The notes under the pieces: generated by a model | Told to the model about the DNA's origin: nothing | What the model saw: only the letters and a program-made list of their open reading frames with translations | The model's database searches: none | Virus record (IMG/VR): IMGVR_UViG_3300042541_001760 | Coordinates: 186,001-250,000 of that record | Strand: one strand, 5' to 3' | Length of the DNA stretch: 64,000 bases | Part shown: positions 26,396 to 35,712 of the stretch, in pieces | Numbering within the stretch: the first letter of the stretch is position 1 | How the letters are laid out: every line of letters begins with the position of its first letter | Made by a program: the position numbers and the translations under genes

Positions 26396-27840
26396 TAAGT
26401 ATAACTCTTTATAGTTGTGGTGGATACACTCAACCAAACATCATCAGATTTACTTTTATCTGATAAAATTTTATTATTTAACTCACAAAAACTATGGAAA
26501 TTACCACTTGAGATTATTTTAACGAACTCTTCTTTCATTCCTTTTTTAATATCGATTAACAATCCAGACATAACTAGACAATTTTCTTTTTCGGGTATTT
26601 CAATATAATGTATGTTTCTTGATCTTAGGAATGTTAATGGTAGTATTATGTAATCACCTTTTTTTTCTTTTAGTAATCCTTGCCTTCTACCGTAAGCATA
26701 CCAAGTATCATAATTTGACGTTTTTCCTTTATCTCTTGATAATAAATCATTTTTTCTACTTAAAAGATAATCATAACAAAATGGATAATCTCGTTTAAGG
26801 TTATTTTCATTTATTATTTCACCATTTACGTAAGGATATATGATGTATTTATACTCGCTAAAATTTCTACTTGTGGTTGCTTTTATATATTTTTTACAAA
26901 TGTTTTTTTCTATTTTAAAACCATTCTTATAACAAAAATCCTCGTCATTATAATCCATTTTAAAAACATCGTCCTTTATTGTTGCCAATCCACCAGAATA
27001 ATAATTAACCATATCACTTAGTTTATTGTTACCGTATTTTATTTCCTCAAATATCCATTTGTTAAGAGATAAATCTTTTTTGTTTTTAATAATATTTAAT
27101 TTATTTGTTTCATATAAAACAACATCAGAAATATTTTCTTCACATATAACTATTGATGTGTAGGTTGATATATTATCCCATACTTTTTCATTCTTAAAAT
27201 CATAAATATATGATACTCGTTCTTTTATTATTTCTCTTATAAAAGACCCTGATTTATTTTTTATAAAAGAATTTGGTATAATAAAACCTACTTTTTTTGA
27301 ATGTATTAATGATTTTTCCAAAAAAGCATAATATAAATCAATATTACCTAATGAAATTGATTTTAACTCTCCTTTTAACGAATTTAAATAATCTTTGTTT
27401 ATATTTTGAATTCGGACATATGGTGGATTTCCAAGTATAACATCATAATCCATTTTCTGTATTAGAAAATCACCTTGTATAATATTATTAAATGATAATT
27501 CACCATCATGTTTAAAATATTCAAAATACCCATTTAATAGTAATTTAAATTCATTAAGAAAATCTTTATTTATATCATAACAGAATAAATTATTATTTAC
27601 AAAATTGGCAATTTCCTTTATAGAATAATCTTTTTGTCTGAAAAACTCTAATAGTGAAAAAACGAAAACTCCTTTACCGACACTTGGCTCACAGATAATT
27701 TCATTTATTTTTGGATTAATTCTATTAATAATAATATCACATATGGTTTTGTCTGTGAAAACAACACCATTTTCTTTAATGGATTTTTTATCTTTCTGAT
27801 TAAAGTAACTTGAATTACTTATTATTTTGTCTAAATTCAT
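26392..27840 (-). CDS. Eco57I/TaqI-like N6-adenine DNA methyltransferase
   Basis: GVVFT, EPSVGKGVF (motif I), GNPPYVR (motif IV), DLYYAFLE, GFIIPNS. Confidence 0.9.
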   Translation of the reverse strand: MNLDKIISNSSYFNQKDKKSIKENGVVFTDKTICDIIINRINPKINEIICEPSVGKGVFVFSLLEFFRQKDYSIKEIANFVNNNLFCYDINKDFLNEFKLLLNGYFEYFKHDGELSFNNIIQGDFLIQKMDYDVILGNPPYVRIQNINKDYLNSLKGELKSISLGNIDLYYAFLEKSLIHSKKVGFIIPNSFIKNKSGSFIREIIKERVSYIYDFKNEKVWDNISTYTSIVICEENISDVVLYETNKLNIIKNKKDLSLNKWIFEEIKYGNNKLSDMVNYYSGGLATIKDDVFKMDYNDEDFCYKNGFKIEKNICKKYIKATTSRNFSEYKYIIYPYVNGEIINENNLKRDYPFCYDYLLSRKNDLLSRDKGKTSNYDTWYAYGRRQGLLKEKKGDYIILPLTFLRSRNIHYIEIPEKENCLVMSGLLIDIKKGMKEEFVKIISSGNFHSFCELNNKILSDKSKSDDVWLSVSTTTIKSYTY

Positions 27841-27854
27841 AGATTATTTATTTT

Positions 27855-27862
27855 TATAAATA
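27855..27862 (-). promoter_or_regulatory. Putative late promoter TATTTATA
   Basis: Exact motif 14 nt upstream of MTase ATG. Confidence 0.5.
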
Positions 27863-27878
27863 TTAGTTTAAACCACTA

Positions 27879-30293
27879 TTATTGAGTAATCCTACTAATA
27901 TTATTTTCTTTTGTGATTCTTATTACGTTGTCCGCCCAATTAGTGATTAGAGGATTGTGAGTTATGACGAATATCTTCTCAAAATAATCCTTAATCTTAA
28001 CGAAGAATTCATATACCATATCTAAGTTGTCATTGGATATTTTACCGAACACCTCATCCATAACATTTATATTAGGTTTTGGTAATGAACATACCTTACT
28101 TAATACCGATCTTAATGCTAGTGAAGCAATCGTCTTTTCATACCCACTACCTGATGACATCAACTTCTCTACCTGAGTATCGTTATCAATCATAATAAAC
28201 TCAACTTCATTCTTATCGTTGATTCTGACTTCAAGTTTGAACTGACAACTATCTTCCAATAATCTTTGTAACTCAGAATTAATAATTGGTATCATTGTTT
28301 TCATAATCAACTTTGATATACCGTTCTTACCATAGACCTCCAAATAAAGTTTATAATACTTTTCTCTTTCTGACTCTTCGGATATCTTTTGAATAAGTGT
28401 CATATTTTCCACAATCTTATTATTAAGAGTTTGAGTTTGATATGTTAGATTCGTTATCTCCCTATCTATCTTATTCTCTTCCATATTAAGTTCGTCCATA
28501 CGGATGTTCGCCTTAATTATCTGACTTTCAATTTTAAGGTTCTGTTCAATCTTGGTTTGAATTTGATTATACCGGTTTAACTTGTCCTTAATCGCATCAA
28601 TTTTAAGATTATTACTTTCAATATTAACCTCGTATTTCTCTTTGATTAACTTGTTTTTCTCGTATTCATTAAACTCTTTCTTAAGTTGAACGAAACCCTT
28701 CTCTTTGCCCGATAAATCAAGCATTAACTCGGTTATTTGACCATAATGCTGGTTATATGAGGCAAGTTCCCCCAATTTTGTCTTGGTAATTTCCGCATTT
28801 AATAACTCAATTCCGCAGTGTTCACACTTGATTCCACCCGATACAGATTTCGCCAACTCATTAAGGTTTGCGATTTTGGTTTCCGTTTCAATCTTCTTAA
28901 CAAGTTGTTCGTTATACTCTTCCTTTACCTTGTCGTGTTTGTCCTCGTGATAAAATGAGGATGGTTCAACAACATTAATCTTGGATAGGTCTTCAATTAA
29001 CTTTTTATTGGTATAGTCAATCTGTGTGATGTCCTCGTTAAGTTTGGTTGGATTAAGGATGGCAATTGCGTTGTCAATGTCATTATGTTTCTGAGAAACT
29101 AATCCATCTCTATAGTCCTGACCCTTCTTAATTCTTCCCTTAACATCCTCCAATTGTTCTTGGTGTTTTATTAGGGTTTCATTGTTTTCGGTAATCTTTG
29201 TCTTGGCCGATTCAATATCCTGTTTCAATTGTTCGGTGTTATAAACATTGGACAACATAGATTTTGAATATTTACTATACAAATCTTTACCTATCTCCTC
29301 TTTTTTCTTTAGAGATTCCAAACCAAGAAACCTTGATAATACCTGACCCCTTGCGGTTGGTTTGGCGTCAATTAAATCCTCCAAATTAGATCCTGTGGTT
29401 AGAATGGTTGTTAAGAAGTCGTCCATCTCACCGATTGATGTTTTGATAAACTTTTCTGTCTCAACTCTTTGTTCCCCCGTGAAATTCTGTAAACTTCCGT
29501 CGGACAACTTTTTAAAGAAGTCCAACGTAGTTTTTACATTCCATTCACCGGCTTTTGACATTTTTCTCTCAATGGTTCTGATAATCAAATAGTTATCACC
29601 ATCAATCATAATATCACCACGAACTGACACCTTGTTCTTATCTGTAAATCTATTAAAGATTTCTTCTGCCTTTTGCGTCTTTGTTGTCGTGTTAAAGAAT
29701 AGGAATAGTAATAAGTCAACGGTAAGGACGGTCTTACCCCCAAAATTAGGTGGATTTGATTCTACAACGGTAATACCATTACATAAGTCAAAATCAATCA
29801 CCTGATCCTCACCATACGATAAGAAATTGGAGAACTCTATCTTTTTAACAAACCACTTCTTAAATGGTGTTACTTCGGACTGGTCTAATACCAATTCATT
29901 CTCAACTTGGGCATCAATTCTCAATACCTCCGGTAGATAATCCTCTGCCGATTTTGAGATTAGAAAGTTCTTCATCAACTCCTGTTGATAATTTTTATCC
30001 AAGATGTTAAACGATATGTCAACCGATTGAGTCGTATCCTCCGATGTCTTAACCTTAGTTATAACATTAACATTATTTGAAGCGTATTTTTTTTGGAAGT
30101 ATTGTTTTACACTTTTGATTTTCTCTTGTGTGAAATTCTCAGGTGCATCTTCCCACACCACTTTGACGTAGGGATTCTCCAATTCGGATATATCCAAATT
30201 ATGTTTCATGTTTTCGTAATTAAAGTTCTTGGGCGGATTGAATAAGTCCAGTGTCTTCCGTGTCACCAGATGGTGTTGTTTTGAGTTCCTCAA
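27879..30293 (-). CDS. sbcC: SbcC/Rad50/gp46-like recombination ATPase (probable start 30209)
   Basis: IEFSNFLSYG, GGKT Walker A, coiled coil with CEHC hook, MSSGSGYE signature, VMDEVF Walker B, VITHN. Confidence 0.9.
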   Translation of the reverse strand: MRNSKQHHLVTRKTLDLFNPPKNFNYENMKHNLDISELENPYVKVVWEDAPENFTQEKIKSVKQYFQKKYASNNVNVITKVKTSEDTTQSVDISFNILDKNYQQELMKNFLISKSAEDYLPEVLRIDAQVENELVLDQSEVTPFKKWFVKKIEFSNFLSYGEDQVIDFDLCNGITVVESNPPNFGGKTVLTVDLLLFLFFNTTTKTQKAEEIFNRFTDKNKVSVRGDIMIDGDNYLIIRTIERKMSKAGEWNVKTTLDFFKKLSDGSLQNFTGEQRVETEKFIKTSIGEMDDFLTTILTTGSNLEDLIDAKPTARGQVLSRFLGLESLKKKEEIGKDLYSKYSKSMLSNVYNTEQLKQDIESAKTKITENNETLIKHQEQLEDVKGRIKKGQDYRDGLVSQKHNDIDNAIAILNPTKLNEDITQIDYTNKKLIEDLSKINVVEPSSFYHEDKHDKVKEEYNEQLVKKIETETKIANLNELAKSVSGGIKCEHCGIELLNAEITKTKLGELASYNQHYGQITELMLDLSGKEKGFVQLKKEFNEYEKNKLIKEKYEVNIESNNLKIDAIKDKLNRYNQIQTKIEQNLKIESQIIKANIRMDELNMEENKIDREITNLTYQTQTLNNKIVENMTLIQKISEESEREKYYKLYLEVYGKNGISKLIMKTMIPIINSELQRLLEDSCQFKLEVRINDKNEVEFIMIDNDTQVEKLMSSGSGYEKTIASLALRSVLSKVCSLPKPNINVMDEVFGKISNDNLDMVYEFFVKIKDYFEKIFVITHNPLITNWADNVIRITKENNISRITQ

Positions 30294-30411
30294 GTTGTTT
30301 TGCCATTAATTGTTCAAATGATTTTTGGAAATGTGCTTTTTCGGCGCCGATTCTCTGAGTTCTTGCCTTTGATTTCGCTTTGTGGTTTTTTCTGTTTTTA
30401 GATGTTGGCAT
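30220..30411 (-). CDS. Small basic hypothetical protein
   Basis: K/R-rich N-terminus; fits between neighbours if sbcC starts at 30209. Confidence 0.55.
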   Translation of the reverse strand: MPTSKNRKNHKAKSKARTQRIGAEKAHFQKSFEQLMAKQLEELKTTPSGDTEDTGLIQSAQEL

Positions 30412-30428
30412 GATATATAAAATTTAAA

Positions 30429-30782
30429 TTAATTTTTTTGTTGTGGTCGGTTTTGTTCAAACCATTCAATCACTGCGTTAATTGCCCAAGCCGAACCTGA
30501 TGCTAACATACCATCAAATATCCAAGACAAATAATGTGTAAATCCTAATATTTCGTGAACTGGTGAATAAACAAATAGACCCAAAAAGAATCCTAACCAT
30601 ACCCCGAAACACATTACACATTGTATCATATTTGAAATGAATGCCGATACCCCTGCGAATGGTAAATATTGACTTTCCCCATACATTTTGAAGAAGTTTC
30701 TAAGTCCACTGAATATTGATCCGTAAACTACTACGTTAGCCGTTCCATACGCTAACATCATCCATAAAAAAAGTGCTGCCAT
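30429..30782 (-). CDS. Membrane protein, DUF1360-like
   Basis: TM helices with CVMCFGVW motif. Confidence 0.65.
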   Translation of the reverse strand: MAALFLWMMLAYGTANVVVYGSIFSGLRNFFKMYGESQYLPFAGVSAFISNMIQCVMCFGVWLGFFLGLFVYSPVHEILGFTHYLSWIFDGMLASGSAWAINAVIEWFEQNRPQQKN

Positions 30783-30784
30783 AA

Positions 30785-31183
30785 TTATAATATTGATTTT
30801 ATATTTGAACCTGAGTGGTAAACTGCTCCTCGTGATAATACCACGTCTTTAAAGTGGTTTGCCATTTCCTCAAGTTGGTTTATTTTTTCGTCTCTTAATG
30901 ATAATTCTTTTTTTAATACCTGTAAAGTACCCTCCAACAATTTAATCTTTGTTTCGTCACAAGGTTTATCAACAACCCTCTCCACAATCTTTTCAACCTC
31001 AATCTCAATTACTTCAGGTTCTTTACCATTAATAAGACCATATTTATCTATCGCATATCCCTTCTTAAAGCAATATTGGATATACTTTTGAACGTCATCT
31101 ATATTGTTTAATTTACAGAATATGTTTACGTTTTTCAGATCACTATCTGAAATTTTAATGATTGACAAGTCGTTCTGTTCCAT
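30785..31183 (-). CDS. Hypothetical coiled-coil protein
   Basis: ORF in operon. Confidence 0.7.
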   Translation of the reverse strand: MEQNDLSIIKISDSDLKNVNIFCKLNNIDDVQKYIQYCFKKGYAIDKYGLINGKEPEVIEIEVEKIVERVVDKPCDETKIKLLEGTLQVLKKELSLRDEKINQLEEMANHFKDVVLSRGAVYHSGSNIKSIL

Positions 31184-31934
31184 CTACTAAATTATCTATT
31201 GAATCTATCTTGAATGATAGAAATGGTTTAGGGTTTTTTAAATCCACAAATTCGTATTTATCTTCCTTCACATTGTAAATTCCGTACCCGTGTTTTTTTA
31301 TGGTCTCACCATAGTTCTGTTGGATTGTTGACCCAACCATATACGCCTTCTTACCTCCAGGGATGTCAAATACTTGTCGTTTGTGAATATCCCCACATAA
31401 AACTAAATCACACCCACCGAACTTATCTGACTCAAACCCTGAATCAAATTTATACCCAATATCGGTTGTTAATCCTTGTACCGGTCCGTGAAATAATCCA
31501 ATATTTAATTTACCATTTTTAGGTATCTCAGGTGGTATGTTATGGTCAATCAATGAATATACACACCAATTGATGTTATCATCCTCATGTGTCCCTCTAT
31601 TCTTATAATAAACAATGTTTTGATTGTCTAATGAATCAATAATGGGAGTTAGAGCGTCTAATCTAGATTGATTAGACTCCAAAAAATCGTGATTACCAAT
31701 GATTACAATTGTTTTGGCAATCTTTGAACATTCTGTTAATACCCAAACCACAAACTCAATAAGTTCGGGTGTCATTTGGTTCTTTGAATGTACGAGGTCT
31801 CCTGTGAAAACAATTCTGTCGGGGGTAACATCTCCCCATTGTTTAAACATATCTTTCAATATTGACTTATACAAATCGTGATCCTTGAATAGTCGTATGT
31901 GTAAATCTGAGAAGTGTATTAATTTATCAATCAT
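31155..31934 (-). CDS. sbcD: SbcD/Mre11/gp47-like metallophosphoesterase nuclease (ORF track start 32030; MIDKL start preferred)
   Basis: SDLH, TGDLVH, IGNHD, FHG, GDIH motifs, GSTIQQNYGE. Confidence 0.9.
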   Translation of the reverse strand: MIDKLIHFSDLHIRLFKDHDLYKSILKDMFKQWGDVTPDRIVFTGDLVHSKNQMTPELIEFVVWVLTECSKIAKTIVIIGNHDFLESNQSRLDALTPIIDSLDNQNIVYYKNRGTHEDDNINWCVYSLIDHNIPPEIPKNGKLNIGLFHGPVQGLTTDIGYKFDSGFESDKFGGCDLVLCGDIHKRQVFDIPGGKKAYMVGSTIQQNYGETIKKHGYGIYNVKEDKYEFVDLKNPKPFLSFKIDSIDNLVDGTERLVNH

Positions 31935-32199
31935 ATCTTTCGTATTTATCTCCCGTATCTTGGTCTCCGTTGTGGAATATGATTTTAGGTCCTTCCGGTT
32001 TATATGGATGTGTGTTCCAATTCTCACCAAGTAATTCTCTTTTATTATCCAAAAAATTATCCCTATCCCGTTTAATAATGTTGGATGTTTCTGAAACCTC
32101 TTTCATCTTTTCCTTTATAGTTTCAAGGTCTTTCTCAACAACCCACTCTCGGTTTGTCATAAATCCATCTAGCCAAACATAAAACTCCTTATGTGTCAT
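31927..32199 (-). CDS. Hypothetical protein (90 aa)
   Basis: ATGA-coupled to 32196..32423. Confidence 0.65.
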   Translation of the reverse strand: MTHKEFYVWLDGFMTNREWVVEKDLETIKEKMKEVSETSNIIKRDRDNFLDNKRELLGENWNTHPYKPEGPKIIFHNGDQDTGDKYERYD

Positions 32200-32423
32200 T
32201 GCTCGTCTTCTGTGAATGGGTTTTGGTCTTTATTTACGTGTCCGCAAGAGTCGCACATATAAACGGGGAATGGTACGTCAGTGTCTTGGGGTGACCCAGT
32301 TAATAATCGTGATACTCGTTTAAGTATAGTTACTTCTCTGAAGAAAATACCATCACATTTTTCACAAGTAATGGTTGGTTGTTCTCTTAAATCAATTTTA
32401 GGTTTTCCGATGTCTAAATCCAT
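32196..32423 (-). CDS. Small zinc-ribbon protein
   Basis: CEKC...CDSCGH. Confidence 0.7.
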   Translation of the reverse strand: MDLDIGKPKIDLREQPTITCEKCDGIFFREVTILKRVSRLLTGSPQDTDVPFPVYMCDSCGHVNKDQNPFTEDEQ

Positions 32424-32435
32424 AATTTTATTATT

Positions 32436-33203
32436 TTATTTTTTAGTTGTTTCTAACATTAATTTCAATTCTGCGGTTAAATCCTTACAAGGAAAAATCT
32501 TGTAGTTATCATTAACCTCATTTATCCACACAAGATAAAGATTACCTATTTTTAGATTGGTGTTCTTCTCTATGATGTGTTTGTAAAGGTGTAGTTGTAA
32601 AGAATAAGTATTTATTTCACAAACGTCAATATGTGATATAGGTGATTTGAAATTCTCCCTATACACACTCTTTAGTTTTATCTCCTTATTTGTCTTATAG
32701 TCATATATTTCCAACATACCAGACTTTTTATTATAGAATAAACAATCCACCATTCCCGCAATTCCGTAGTCCTCATCCGCAACCACAAACTCCATCTTAA
32801 CAGGAATCAGATTAGTTTTGGCATCATTATAGAATCTCTCAAATATTGTTACACACTTCTCAAATTTTTCTTTGATAATGTCCGTCCCAAATTTCTTTAT
32901 AGAAACAGACGGATCGTATGGGAACACTTTATTATACCAAAAGTTCTCTGCGTAATTGTGAACCATTGACCCCTTTACGGTGGATATATCTCTCTTTAAA
33001 TCCCACTCATTGATAACATCCTCAACCATAAGACCTCTCTTATCAGCATAGGTTTGAGCCATATTCTCGGTATCAAACTTATTTTTGAATTTACCGATGA
33101 ATGTGGTGGCACTTGTGAATTCCCGATTACCTGCGTAATATTTGTGGGGTTCGTCATAATACTTTATATGACTAAACTTATTTAACTCTAAAATTGTATC
33201 CAT
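32436..33203 (-). CDS. PD-(D/E)xK exonuclease (RecB/Cas4-like)
   Basis: KGSMVH, AGMVD, IYDYKT, YSLQLHLY motifs. Confidence 0.85.
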   Translation of the reverse strand: MDTILELNKFSHIKYYDEPHKYYAGNREFTSATTFIGKFKNKFDTENMAQTYADKRGLMVEDVINEWDLKRDISTVKGSMVHNYAENFWYNKVFPYDPSVSIKKFGTDIIKEKFEKCVTIFERFYNDAKTNLIPVKMEFVVADEDYGIAGMVDCLFYNKKSGMLEIYDYKTNKEIKLKSVYRENFKSPISHIDVCEINTYSLQLHLYKHIIEKNTNLKIGNLYLVWINEVNDNYKIFPCKDLTAELKLMLETTKK

Positions 33204-33250
33204 TTAATATCTTTGTTTAAAGATAGTTATTTTTTTTCTATAAAACAAAG

Positions 33251-33258
33251 TATTTATA
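33251..33258 (+). promoter_or_regulatory. Putative late promoter TATTTATA
   Basis: Exact motif 15 nt upstream of ATG 33274; second copy at 33267-33274. Confidence 0.6.
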
Positions 33259-33273
33259 ATAAAAAATATTTAT

Positions 33274-33954
33274 ATGAAAAACTTATTTAATGATATCTCT
33301 CAAGATGAGAGAAACAGGATTTTGGAAATGCATAAATCCGCAACTAGAAAAAACTATTTGTCAGAACAAACACCCGCTCCCGCACCTGCTCCTGCAACTG
33401 CTCCTGCGGCGGCACCTGCCGGGGTTCCTAAAGGTCCGGTTGGGGGTGTAACTAAAAAACCTGCGGTAGTGCCAGGTGGTGATAAACCACAGGGTTCTGC
33501 GGGGATTTATAAAGAAATTGATGTCGAGACTTTCAATCCAAAATTTCAAATGTGCTGGAACGAAAACACTGCAAGTGGAAAAAAATACATTTCACTAAAA
33601 CAAAAGGTTGAGAATGGGGATGATGAAGAGGAAAAATTGATGGTGTATAATAATAACAATATTAGACAATCAATGTTTAATACCATTAACCAAGTTTATT
33701 TGAAGTCTCTAACTAAACCTATGAGTAGTGACGAGTTAGGCAGATTATGGAACACCGTAAAAACTTACCCAATTACATACTATTTCACTGACCCGAAAGT
33801 ACGACCAAGAGTGTCAAATACGATTTCATCAACTGTTGAAGAAGCAATAAAAAACGTTTATACGAATGAGAATGAAATGAAAATAGATTATTTGAATACG
33901 TTTAATTGCGCAATGAAGGGTATTCAAGGTGCTCAACCTACACAAGGTACTTAA
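33274..33954 (+). CDS. Hypothetical protein with leader ending YLSEQ and Pro/Ala-rich linker
   Basis: ORF with own promoter and terminator, inverted relative to neighbours. Confidence 0.8.
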   Translation: MKNLFNDISQDERNRILEMHKSATRKNYLSEQTPAPAPAPATAPAAAPAGVPKGPVGGVTKKPAVVPGGDKPQGSAGIYKEIDVETFNPKFQMCWNENTASGKKYISLKQKVENGDDEEEKLMVYNNNNIRQSMFNTINQVYLKSLTKPMSSDELGRLWNTVKTYPITYYFTDPKVRPRVSNTISSTVEEAIKNVYTNENEMKIDYLNTFNCAMKGIQGAQPTQGT

Positions 33955-33975
33955 TTCATATAGATAAAATATAAT

Positions 33976-33999
33976 AAAAAGGGAGTTAACTCCCTTTTT
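33976..33999. terminator. Bidirectional intrinsic terminator
   Basis: Perfect palindrome AAAAAGGGAGTTAACTCCCTTTTT between convergent genes. Confidence 0.85.
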
Positions 34000-34437
34000 T
34001 TATTTAATAGAATATGTTAAAATATCACTATATACTCCTTGAGTGTGTGGTAATTCAGGTGTAAATTCGAGACAAATTAAAATATTTAATTGTTTCCCAA
34101 CATCTTTACATAGAAAAAAAGTATAGTATTCTTCGTTTACTTTTGCGAAAACCTTAAAATGATCCCCATCATTAGAAATCACATTTATCATTTTACACTT
34201 AATAGACCAATCACTTTCATTACTCATATTAATAACTTGATTATTGAAATCAAATTCATATGTTAATTTGTATGGATACAGTAAGGTGTTTTTTATAGAA
34301 TCTTTCTGTACCGCCTCATTGAAGTCCATATTTGTTGGTATTTGGAAAATTGAGTAATTCTCCATAACTATGGTTGTTACTTGCGAATGAAGATTAAAAC
34401 AAAAAAGAAAAAGTACTGAGAGAATGAGAGTTTTCAT
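34000..34437 (-). CDS. Secreted hypothetical protein
   Basis: Signal peptide MKTLILSVLFLFCFNLHS|Q. Confidence 0.7.
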   Translation of the reverse strand: MKTLILSVLFLFCFNLHSQVTTIVMENYSIFQIPTNMDFNEAVQKDSIKNTLLYPYKLTYEFDFNNQVINMSNESDWSIKCKMINVISNDGDHFKVFAKVNEEYYTFFLCKDVGKQLNILICLEFTPELPHTQGVYSDILTYSIK

Positions 34438-34459
34438 AGTTATGTTGTTTTTGGTTTTA

Positions 34460-34467
34460 CAAATATA
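34460..34467 (-). promoter_or_regulatory. Bacteroidota-type promoter TATATTTG
   Basis: TAnnTTTG match 22 nt upstream of ATG 34437. Confidence 0.65.
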
Positions 34468-34473
34468 GACATA

Positions 34474-35373
34474 TTATTTGATTTCCACAAAAAAATCTTC
34501 TATTTTCCCCTGTAAATCCGCAATGTCTTTATCTTCAGGTAGTTTTAATATCTTAACCTTACCGAACAACCTACCCCCATTTAACTCGTGAAACAATCTT
34601 TTAGCATTGTCAAAGGCATCACCATCCAAAGCAATGATAACATTATTTAATGCTTTCTCATATATGGTCTCAAACAATAGTTTTGACATATGTTTACCGA
34701 GCATTGGTATTGAGTTGTCCAAGAAGATACCATCAAATACCCCTTCACAAAGATAAACATCCTTAAACCAATCTATTAGGTTCTCATTAAAGATTATCTT
34801 GTCTTTCTCTGCCGTTGGGTTCTTATATTTAGCCTTGGTTGTTTTGTTCCAAGATCTGGCAATGAAGTAGTTTAACTTATTGTTTTCATCATAGGAGGGT
34901 ATGATTATCCTACCTGAGAATTCACCATCATCACAGAAACCAATCTGATATTTCTCAATCATTTGGTCGGTTATGTTTCGCTCTTTTAGGTATTTCATCG
35001 CCTGTCTATATATTGGATAAACGGGGTTGGAATCCTTAAACTTGGTATATCCTTGGGGTAATACTAGTTTTGGTTTCTTGGGTGTTATTTTCTCATCTTC
35101 CTTGGGTTTTAACATTCTATATAACTTAACCTGTTTCTTGGTTCCGTTATTTTCAATTAACTTACCTAAAGGTCCGTGAGTTCCTTCGGTATCTCCACAA
35201 GACCAACAATGGTAAACGTCTTTGAAGATGTTAATCTCCAAATTACCCTTATGTCTTCCTTCGTCACAGTTGGGACAATTGAATGAGTATTGACCCTTAC
35301 TTTCGTAGTGTTGTTTTTCTTTACCTAGGAAACTCCTTACAATATCTAATATGATTTCTTGCTCGTCTAACAT
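34474..35373 (-). CDS. dnaG: DNA primase (zinc finger plus TOPRIM); ORF track start 35391, MLDEQ start preferred
   Basis: CPNC...HCWSC, RIIIP, KYKNP, LCEGVFD, LDGDA. Confidence 0.9.
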   Translation of the reverse strand: MLDEQEIILDIVRSFLGKEKQHYESKGQYSFNCPNCDEGRHKGNLEINIFKDVYHCWSCGDTEGTHGPLGKLIENNGTKKQVKLYRMLKPKEDEKITPKKPKLVLPQGYTKFKDSNPVYPIYRQAMKYLKERNITDQMIEKYQIGFCDDGEFSGRIIIPSYDENNKLNYFIARSWNKTTKAKYKNPTAEKDKIIFNENLIDWFKDVYLCEGVFDGIFLDNSIPMLGKHMSKLLFETIYEKALNNVIIALDGDAFDNAKRLFHELNGGRLFGKVKILKLPEDKDIADLQGKIEDFFVEIK

Positions 35374-35378
35374 TACCA

Positions 35379-35386
35379 CAAAGATA
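35379..35386 (-). promoter_or_regulatory. Bacteroidota-type promoter TATCTTTG
   Basis: 5 nt upstream of primase ATG 35373. Confidence 0.6.
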
Positions 35387-35461
35387 AACAAAATTTATAA
35401 ATCAATCAATATTCACAAGTTTTCTAATAACACTATATTTATTGACATAGAACACAATTAG

Positions 35462-35701
35462 ATGCCAAAATACGTAGAAATAACCTCAGTAACAGGATCC
35501 TCACCATATAACATATATATTTGTGACGTGGCTCAAGTGTCTTGTACTTGGATATCAACAATTACATCAGGTAACTTACCTTATTCGTTTGAGTTACCTT
35601 CCATTTTTTCAAGTTATTCCGATTTTGCCGTTAAGGTGGTTGACTCATCCAATTGTAATATGATAAAATTTAGTGGGACAAGTTATCCTGAATGTCCTTA
35701 A
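35462..35701 (+). CDS. Small Cys-containing structural-type protein, paralogous to the N-terminal domain of 42019..42759
   Basis: I.S.TG..PY.IYICD....C..I.TIT shared motif; TATTTATT at 35436. Confidence 0.75.
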   Translation: MPKYVEITSVTGSSPYNIYICDVAQVSCTWISTITSGNLPYSFELPSIFSSYSDFAVKVVDSSNCNMIKFSGTSYPECP

Positions 35702-35712
35702 TTAGTTAAAAT

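Noticed and set aside
32436-33203. Cas4-like nuclease as evidence of a CRISPR-Cas locus
   Set aside because: There is no array or other cas gene; stand-alone PD-(D/E)xK exonucleases are common in phage replication modules.
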